Assembly (NCBI GenBank): GCA_038246925.1
Contig: JBBRVL010000002.1
Coordinates: 1-38,773 of the forward strand
Direction of reading: 5' to 3'
Origin: Chloroflexia bacterium
GTDB lineage: Bacteria > Chloroflexota > Chloroflexia > QHBQ01 > JADMIH01
DNA length: 38,773 nt
Shown here: in pieces, positions 33,303-38,773 of the stretch
Position numbering within the stretch: the first letter of the stretch is position 1
Layout of the letters: each line of letters opens with the position of its first letter
Translations under genes and position numbers: made by a program
Notes under the pieces: generated by a model
Database searches by the model: none
Seen by the model: only the letters and a program-made list of their open reading frames with translations
What the model was told of the DNA's origin: nothing

Positions 33303-34448
33303 TTGATTACGCTATTGCACACTATACTCTCAATTCTGCCAGTGGAAGCCTGGTCGGGCTTCGCATCCGAATTCGGCAGTCTTCTCCTAGGTGTGCTGGC
33401 GCAAACCCCAACCCCAACGCCGCAACCTGGGCTGGGCGGGGGGACGAGCCTACCCGCGGCCGTGATGGTGCGTGCCCTGACGCTCGGCGCGGTGGCTTTC
33501 TTGATTGGGTTAGCGGTTGGCAAGCCGGTAATCAACTGGCTGAGGGATCACCGCATCGGCAAGCACATCCGCATCGAGGGGCCGGAGCGTCACCAGATCA
33601 AGACAGGCACGCCAACCATGGGTGGGCTAATATTCATTATCCCTCTTGTAATCGTCACAGCAGTCTTCATGGACATCCCAAAATATAATTCGCTGCTGTT
33701 GCCTCTGGGTATAATCATAGCTTGCGGCATCCTGGGCGGCTTTGACGACCTGTTGAGCACCGTTGTGCGCAACCGTGGCGGTATGGCGGGACGCTTCAAA
33801 ATGGTGTGGCTTGTGGTAATAGCCGGGATTGCCGCCTGGATACTGGTCTACCAGCTCAAGGTCAATTATGTCTTCATCCCGTTCGTCACCGGGAAGGATA
33901 CGCCGTTTCCCCAGGGTATACTGTTGGGCGACTTCCTCCTGCCTATAGCGGTTCTGGCTATTGTAGGTGCGGCTCATGGGGTCAACCTGACGGATGGGCT
34001 GGATACTCTTGCCGGTGGCACATCAGCCATCGCTTTTGTGTCGTACGGGATCATCGCTTATTTGCAGGGACAGGAGCCTGTGGTCTCCCTCTGTTTCGCT
34101 ACGGTGGGCGCGCTGCTGGCGTTTCTATGGTTCAATGCTCACCCTGCCATGGTCTTCATGGGAGACACCGGTGCGCTTACTCTGGGCGCACTTTTGGCCG
34201 TATGCGCTTTGATGACAGGGCAATGGCTACTGCTGCCTTTGATCGGCATCGTGTTCGTAGCCGTGACCCTCTCAAGCCTGTTGCAAGTACTTTATTTCAA
34301 GCTCACGGGAGGCAAGCGGCTCTTCAGGATGGCTCCCCTGCACCACCACTTCGAGATGATAGGCTGGTCTGAGACCCAGATAACTATGCGCTTCTGGCTG
34401 GTGAGCATACTGGCGGCCATGCTCGGTGTGGCACTAGCACTTACGTAA
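33303..34448 (+). CDS. mraY: phospho-N-acetylmuramoyl-pentapeptide transferase
   Basis: MraY motifs are GTPTMGG, GFDDL, VNLTDGLDTLAGG and APLHHHFE. The TTG at 33303 has an AAGGA RBS. The alternative ATG at 33465 (MVRALTLG) would remove a 54-aa N-terminal extension. Confidence 0.93.
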   Translation: MITLLHTILSILPVEAWSGFASEFGSLLLGVLAQTPTPTPQPGLGGGTSLPAAVMVRALTLGAVAFLIGLAVGKPVINWLRDHRIGKHIRIEGPERHQIKTGTPTMGGLIFIIPLVIVTAVFMDIPKYNSLLLPLGIIIACGILGGFDDLLSTVVRNRGGMAGRFKMVWLVVIAGIAAWILVYQLKVNYVFIPFVTGKDTPFPQGILLGDFLLPIAVLAIVGAAHGVNLTDGLDTLAGGTSAIAFVSYGIIAYLQGQEPVVSLCFATVGALLAFLWFNAHPAMVFMGDTGALTLGALLAVCALMTGQWLLLPLIGIVFVAVTLSSLLQVLYFKLTGGKRLFRMAPLHHHFEMIGWSETQITMRFWLVSILAAMLGVALALT

Positions 34449-34525
34449 GCTATCAGCTATCAGCCATCAGCCGTCAGCTATTAGTTCAAGGTTCGAGGTT
34501 ACTAATCCCTAATCTCTCATCCCCA
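34449..34525. repeat. eleven consecutive 7-nt units (GCTATCA x5 variants, GTTCAAG/GTTCGAG/GTTACTA, ATCCCTA/ATCTCTC/ATCCCCA)
   Basis: The block starts the nucleotide after the mraY TAA. Strict 7-nt phasing is kept across three successive word families. No complementary arm is present in the spacer. Confidence 0.85.
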
Positions 34526-34596
34526 AAATAGTCTGCGATGAACGAAGTGAACTATTGCTCCCTCTGTGTCTTTGCGTTTTATAAAACAATAAAACT

Positions 34597-34631
34597 CTTG
34601 GCGTTTTCTTGGCGCTCTTGGTGTCTTGGCG
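34597..34631. repeat. four direct CTTGGYG repeats just upstream of murD
   Basis: CTTGGCG at 34597, 34608 and 34625, and CTTGGTG at 34617, with irregular 8-11-nt spacing. They lie 23-57 nt before the murD ATG. The track ORF translates them. Confidence 0.5.
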
Positions 34632-34653
34632 GTTCCGTACTTACGCTTCTCGC

Positions 34654-36060
34654 ATGAACTACACAAATAAAAACATCCTGGTGATGGGCCTCGGCGTGCA
34701 TGGAGGTGGGCTGGGTGTGGCCCGTTTCATGGCTCGCAATGGCGCGAACGTGCGTGTCACCGACCTTCGGACCGCCGATAAGATGCAAGACTCCATTAAC
34801 GCCCTTGCCCAGGAAGGTCTTCGGCTCGATTACACGCTGGGTGAGCATCGGGAAGAGGACTTCAAGTGGGCCGATGTGATAGTGAAAAACCCTGCCGTGC
34901 CACGCGACTCCCCCTGGATGCAGCTTGCGCGCTCCCTCGGCAAGCCTATCGAGATGGAGATAAGCATCTTCCTGCGCCTCTGCCCTGCCCCGGTGATAGG
35001 GGTCACAGGCACAAAGGGCAAATCGACTACCGCTACCTGGACCTGGGAGATGCTGCGGCACTGGCGTCCTGATGCCGTTCTCGCGGGCAATCTGCGCGTG
35101 TCCGCCCTCGAAGCTCTCCCGAAGATTTCGCCCGATACGCCGGTTGTACTGGAGCTTTCGAGTTGGCAGCTTGAAGGCCTGGAAGAGCTGCGCCTGTCGC
35201 CACATATCGGGGCGGTTACCAACCTGTCGCCCGACCACATGGACCGCTACAACGGTATGGAAGATTATGGTGAGGCCAAGAAGCTGATCTTCGCCAACCA
35301 GCGTAAAGAGAACGACGACTGGGCCGTGCTGAACGCAGACGATCCTATCGTGAGACAATGGCGTGGGGCGGCTCCGGCAGGTGTTGCCTGGTTTGGCAAA
35401 AGGGTGCCTGCTATGGACTTTCCCGGTATGTCGATCTCCCGCGATTTCCTCGTATGGAACGGGCCGGAAGGCGGCACTACTCATGTGGCCTCATATTCAG
35501 ACATCCAGGTGCCGGGCGAACACAACCGCGCAAACGCCGCCTGTGCCGCTACCATCGCATTGCTCGCCGGTGCGCCGATGGAGGCGGTACGCAAGGGCCT
35601 GCGCTCGTTCCAGGGCGTGCCTGACCGCCTGGAATATCTGCGTACGGTAAGCGGCGTCCGCTTCTATAACGACACCACTTCCACTACCCCTGCCTCTACT
35701 ATGGCGGCGGTGAAATCTTTAGATGGCCCGATAGTGTTGGTCGCGGGCGGCGCGGACAAGGGCCTCGACTTCTCCACGCTCGCGCCGGTGGTTGCATCGA
35801 ATATAGCTTCTGTAGCTCTTCTGGAAGGCACCGCCACACCCCTAATGGAGGAGCAGTTCCTACGGGCAGGCGTGACCCTCCTGGGGCGTTACAGCGTCTT
35901 TGAGGAGGCTGTGCGTGCCGCCTGGCAAGCTTCGCCTCCCGGCGGGGCCGTCCTCCTCTCGCCCGCCACCGCATCTTTCGGTATGTTCCGCAACGAGTTC
36001 GACCGTGGCGACCAGTTCCGCGCCATAGTCTCCTCACTTGTGGAAAACCCCTCTGTATAG
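34654..36060 (+). CDS. murD: UDP-N-acetylmuramoylalanine--D-glutamate ligase
   Basis: The start is MNYTNKNILVMGLGVHGGG. The P-loop is GVTGTKGKSTTA, and DRLE and NDTTSTTP are present. The track start at 34609 reads through upstream repeats. Confidence 0.95.
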   Translation: MNYTNKNILVMGLGVHGGGLGVARFMARNGANVRVTDLRTADKMQDSINALAQEGLRLDYTLGEHREEDFKWADVIVKNPAVPRDSPWMQLARSLGKPIEMEISIFLRLCPAPVIGVTGTKGKSTTATWTWEMLRHWRPDAVLAGNLRVSALEALPKISPDTPVVLELSSWQLEGLEELRLSPHIGAVTNLSPDHMDRYNGMEDYGEAKKLIFANQRKENDDWAVLNADDPIVRQWRGAAPAGVAWFGKRVPAMDFPGMSISRDFLVWNGPEGGTTHVASYSDIQVPGEHNRANAACAATIALLAGAPMEAVRKGLRSFQGVPDRLEYLRTVSGVRFYNDTTSTTPASTMAAVKSLDGPIVLVAGGADKGLDFSTLAPVVASNIASVALLEGTATPLMEEQFLRAGVTLLGRYSVFEEAVRAAWQASPPGGAVLLSPATASFGMFRNEFDRGDQFRAIVSSLVENPSV

Positions 36061-36102
36061 CCCCCGCTAGTCTAAACTAACCTCTACACCCGCTTCATCA
36101 CC

Positions 36103-36165
36103 GTGAAACGTGAAACGTGAGCGCAGGCGTAAACAATCCAAAATCCAAAATCCAAAACCCAAAAT
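36103..36165. repeat. nine phased 7-nt units: GTGAAAC x2, GTGAGCG, ..., CCAAAAT x4
   Basis: The sequence is gtgaaac gtgaaac gtgagcg caggcgt aaacaat ccaaaat ccaaaat ccaaaac ccaaaat, ending 6 nt before the ftsW ATG. The CCAAAAT block is nearly identical to the one inside yabN (11215-11247). Confidence 0.9.
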
Positions 36166-36171
36166 CGAAAG

Positions 36172-37386
36172 ATGTCTCGTTCCCGAAGATTTGAACGCCC
36201 TGATTACTGGATACTGGCCGTGGTCGGCATCCTTTGTACCATTGGCGTGCTCATGGTCTTTTCGTCGAGCGGAGTTGACGCTGATAATCCAACCTACCTG
36301 ATCAACCGCCACGTTCAGTGGCTGGTGCTCGGCTCGATAGCTCTTCTCGTCACGATGAGCGTGCCCTACACGCGCTGGCGGCGCTATTCTGTGCCCTTCA
36401 TTGGCCTTACACTGATACTTCTCGTCCTCGTGCTGGTTGGGCCTTCATTCATTTCTGAAGAGGTAAACGGTTCCAAACGCTGGCTGTCGCTGGGCAATCT
36501 TCCAATATCGTTGCAGCCTTCGGAACTGGCAAAGCTCGCCTTTATTCTCTATCTGGCCGATTGGTGCTCCACCAAAGGGGATAAGGTACGCAACTTTTCC
36601 TATGGCCTGCTCCCTTTCGGGATTATGATGGGCTTGCTGGGTGGCTTGGTATTCATCGAGCCGGATATGGGCACAACGCTGGTGATATTTTCGATAGGCG
36701 TCACGATATTTTTCGTATCGGGCGCGGCGCTCAGCCATATGGCACTTGGCCTGCTGGTTGCGGTACTTACCTTTGCGATGGCGGCGGTGGCCGCGCCCTA
36801 TCGTATGGACCGCGTAGTGGCTTTCTTCGCGAAGGACCCTTTCGACAACGATCCTCTGGGCATCAGTTTCCATATCGTCCAGTCTCTCCTGGCTATCGGC
36901 TCCGGCGGGCTGACCGGGTTGGGGTTGGGTGCGTCCCGCCAGAAGTTCGGCTGGTTGCCTGAGCACTCGACCGATGCCATCTTCTCGGTCTGGGGACAGG
37001 AGATGGGTTTCATCGGCTCGGTCCTGATGATTATGCTCTTCCTGGTCGTAGCCTGGCGGGGATACCGCGTGGCGAGGAATGCTCCCGACGGCTTCGGCGC
37101 GCTCCTAGCAACAGGCGTTACTACCTGGGTTATCTTCCAGTCTATGCTCAATATCGGCGCGGTGAGTGGAGCCATTCCCTTTACCGGCGTGCCTCTACCT
37201 TTTATAAGCTATGGTGGCTCATCACTCGTCATAACCATGTCGGCTATCGGGCTACTGCTGAATATCTCAAAGTACTCTAACTCGCCGGTGTCCGAAGCGC
37301 CTTCTCCTTCCCGTTCTCGCGTACTCAAGATCGATCCGAGGCTCAAGGCCCGCCCGGTTATGGCAGAGTACCGGGAGCGGCATTGA
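36172..37386 (+). CDS. ftsW: SEDS family peptidoglycan polymerase FtsW
   Basis: 404 aa and polytopic, with QPSELAKL, EPDMGTT and PFTGVPLPFISYGGSS. It occupies the canonical position after murD. Confidence 0.92.
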   Translation: MSRSRRFERPDYWILAVVGILCTIGVLMVFSSSGVDADNPTYLINRHVQWLVLGSIALLVTMSVPYTRWRRYSVPFIGLTLILLVLVLVGPSFISEEVNGSKRWLSLGNLPISLQPSELAKLAFILYLADWCSTKGDKVRNFSYGLLPFGIMMGLLGGLVFIEPDMGTTLVIFSIGVTIFFVSGAALSHMALGLLVAVLTFAMAAVAAPYRMDRVVAFFAKDPFDNDPLGISFHIVQSLLAIGSGGLTGLGLGASRQKFGWLPEHSTDAIFSVWGQEMGFIGSVLMIMLFLVVAWRGYRVARNAPDGFGALLATGVTTWVIFQSMLNIGAVSGAIPFTGVPLPFISYGGSSLVITMSAIGLLLNISKYSNSPVSEAPSPSRSRVLKIDPRLKARPVMAEYRERH

Positions 37387-37411
37387 TGACACACCTAGTT
37401 GGGTTGGCGCT

Positions 37412-38035
37412 ATGGTAATTAACCTTGAGTGGTGGCAGTGGCTCCTTCCGGCGGTGATAGCCGCCGTGGTCGTTGGCGTCTACATGGGGTGGCGCGTCAT
37501 GGCGATCTGGACCCTGGGCGTCTATTTCAGCGGCATCACCGCGCAGTTCATGGGGCCAAAGCTGGAGAAGCTTATCAACAAGTTCCTGAGCGTCTTCGCG
37601 CAGTTCTTTGCCATAGCTACTGACAAAGATGAATCTACTATCACCTCCCCCCAGATCGATATTGCTTCGCCATGGGAGCCGTTCGCCACAGCCATCCTAT
37701 TTGTGTCGCTCGTATTTTTCTCCTGGTGGATAGCACGTAAGCTAACGGCCCGTGGTGAGCTTGGCTTGATCGGGCACCTGCTTGGCGGGGTATTCGGGGG
37801 GTTCGCCGCCGTCCTCGGTCTGTCGCAGGCGCTCAATTATTGGGCTGATTTTGTATCGCGCAGCGGGTCCAATCCCTCCACAGGCGCGGGTCTGACTGTT
37901 CCACAGATTTCCGTAGGTGTAGCCCCCCTTCCAGACGCCAATCCTCTGGCGACGATGGCAGGCCCGATCATGGGCCTTTTTATCCTCCTCATAATTGTGT
38001 ACACTGTGTGGCGAGTGTTCCGCACTGCTGCGTGA
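37412..38035 (+). CDS. uncharacterised integral membrane protein, weakly CvpA-like
   Basis: 207 aa with 4-5 hydrophobic segments. The Gly-rich helix LIGHLLGGVFGGFAAVLGL is reminiscent of the CvpA family (from memory, not searched). It starts 25 nt after ftsW, where murG usually sits. Confidence 0.6.
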   Translation: MVINLEWWQWLLPAVIAAVVVGVYMGWRVMAIWTLGVYFSGITAQFMGPKLEKLINKFLSVFAQFFAIATDKDESTITSPQIDIASPWEPFATAILFVSLVFFSWWIARKLTARGELGLIGHLLGGVFGGFAAVLGLSQALNYWADFVSRSGSNPSTGAGLTVPQISVGVAPLPDANPLATMAGPIMGLFILLIIVYTVWRVFRTAA

Positions 38036-38038
38036 TTA

Positions 38039-38214
38039 GCGATGAGTGGTGAGTGATTAGGGATTAGGAGGATATTTCATACGGAAGGGAACGGATTCTT
38101 CACTTCGTTCAGAATGACAATGGGGAGTGGGTTCGTGTCTCTTCAGGTTTCCACTCATCGCTCACCACTCACCACTCACCACTCACCACTCACCACTCAC
38201 CACTCATCGCTCAC
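38039..38214. repeat. largest heptamer element: GCGATGAGTGGTGAGTG + ATTAGGGATTAGG ... CCACTCATCGC + CACCACT x6 + CATCGCTCAC
   Basis: 38039-38055 is perfectly complementary to 38194-38210 (17 bp). 38039-38049 also matches 38151-38161. Six tandem CACCACT units lie at 38163-38204. The element fills the spacer before murC. Confidence 0.9.
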
Positions 38215-38226
38215 AATAGGTCCGAG

Positions 38227-38773
38227 ATGAATCTTGCTTCCCAACACTGGCATTTCATAGGCATAGGCGGGGCCGGGATGAGCGCACTTGCTTCGGCATT
38301 GCTTGACCTGGGGGCGACCGTCTCAGGCTCCGACCTCTCGCCGTCCGATGCTACTCGCTCGCTTGAAGCAAGAGGCGTAAGGGTCTTTGTTGGCCATTCG
38401 GCCTCCAACCTGGCGGGCGCTACCCAGGTCGTGCTCACGGGCGCGGTGCCGGAGGACAATCCTGAGCTGCTGGCCGCAAGGCAGATCGGACTACCGATAG
38501 TTAAGCGGGCTGCCCTCCTCGGTCAGCTAATGGAGACAAAGCGCGGGGTGGCTGTCGCAGGCACGCACGGCAAGACCACCACCTCCGCCATGATCGGGTG
38601 GGTGCTGGCAAAGGCCGGACGTGACCCTTCCTACATGGTAGGAGGCACGATACTTGGCCTGGGCAGCGGCGGGCACTGGGGTACGGGGCCTGAGCTTGTG
38701 GCCGAAGCCGACGAATATGACCGCTCTTTCCTCCACTTGCGACCGGAAGTGGCCGTTATCACCAACATCGAGA
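38227..38773 (+). CDS. murC: UDP-N-acetylmuramate--L-alanine ligase (5' part, runs off the window)
   Basis: The frame is open from the ATG at 38227 to the window end. It translates as MNLASQHWHFIGIGGAGMSALA...VAGTHGKTTTSAMIGW...ADEYDRSF. It is absent from the ORF track because no stop is reached. The two minus-strand track ORFs here are shadows. Confidence 0.93.
   Translation, partial: MNLASQHWHFIGIGGAGMSALASALLDLGATVSGSDLSPSDATRSLEARGVRVFVGHSASNLAGATQVVLTGAVPEDNPELLAARQIGLPIVKRAALLGQLMETKRGVAVAGTHGKTTTSAMIGWVLAKAGRDPSYMVGGTILGLGSGGHWGTGPELVAEADEYDRSFLHLRPEVAVITNIE

Noticed and set aside
36067-36312. ORFs 36067-36312(-) and 36110-36301(+) overlapping the ftsW upstream repeats
   Set aside because: They are largely translations of the GTGAAAC/CCAAAAT heptamer blocks and overlap the ftsW 5' end. 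They have no independent start signals.
38163-38204. Tandem CACCACT x6 (and the other heptamer blocks) as a possible CRISPR array
   Set aside because: The units are 7 nt and directly abutting, with no spacers. CRISPR repeats are much longer and are separated by unique spacers. No cas genes are present in the window.
38211-38736. Minus-strand track ORFs 38211-38459 and 38527-38736 as the genes of this region
   Set aside because: The plus strand from 38227 encodes an unmistakable MurC N-terminus (IGIGGAGMS, GTHGKTTTS). It is missing from the track only because the frame runs off the window.

Overview
Moderately GC-rich chromosomal window from a monoderm-type bacterium. Gene content and order hint at Chloroflexota, but that is a low-confidence inference. 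Most of the window is cell-envelope and morphogenesis genes. In order: trpB-trpA; a secreted dienelactone hydrolase; a CoA-binding protein; MTA phosphorylase; a SEDS/class-B PBP pair (rodA/pbpA-like); a more AT-rich islet with hicAB and a nonsense-mutated Uma2 nuclease; sanA (DUF218); a yabN-like methylase-MazG fusion; an orphan (S)PPY methyltransferase; mreB-mreC-mreD-mrdA-minC; a second AT-rich islet with a WapI-like immunity-type gene and a small convergent gene; a minus-strand CUT1-type sugar ABC operon (two permeases, an unknown secreted protein, the binding protein, no ATPase); a COG1579 zinc-ribbon protein; murT-gatD; and a dcw cluster mraZ-rsmH-ftsL-ftsI-murF-mraY-murD-ftsW-(membrane protein)-murC. 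murC is truncated at the window end and is missing from the ORF track. The cluster has no murE or murG. The most unusual signal is non-coding. Nearly every enlarged gene junction carries blocks of tandem 7-nt repeats (GGGTTAG, GAGTGGT/CACCACT, CCAAAAT, CATAATT, GCTATCA, GTGAAAC, GTCAGTG). These are often arranged as a G-type arm just after a stop codon and a complementary C-type arm just before the next start. Some blocks extend into coding sequence (trpA tail, yabN linker). An array of AAAGTGG boxes at 10-nt spacing sits upstream of mraZ and fits a MraZ operator. No tRNA, rRNA, CRISPR array or transposase was recognised.
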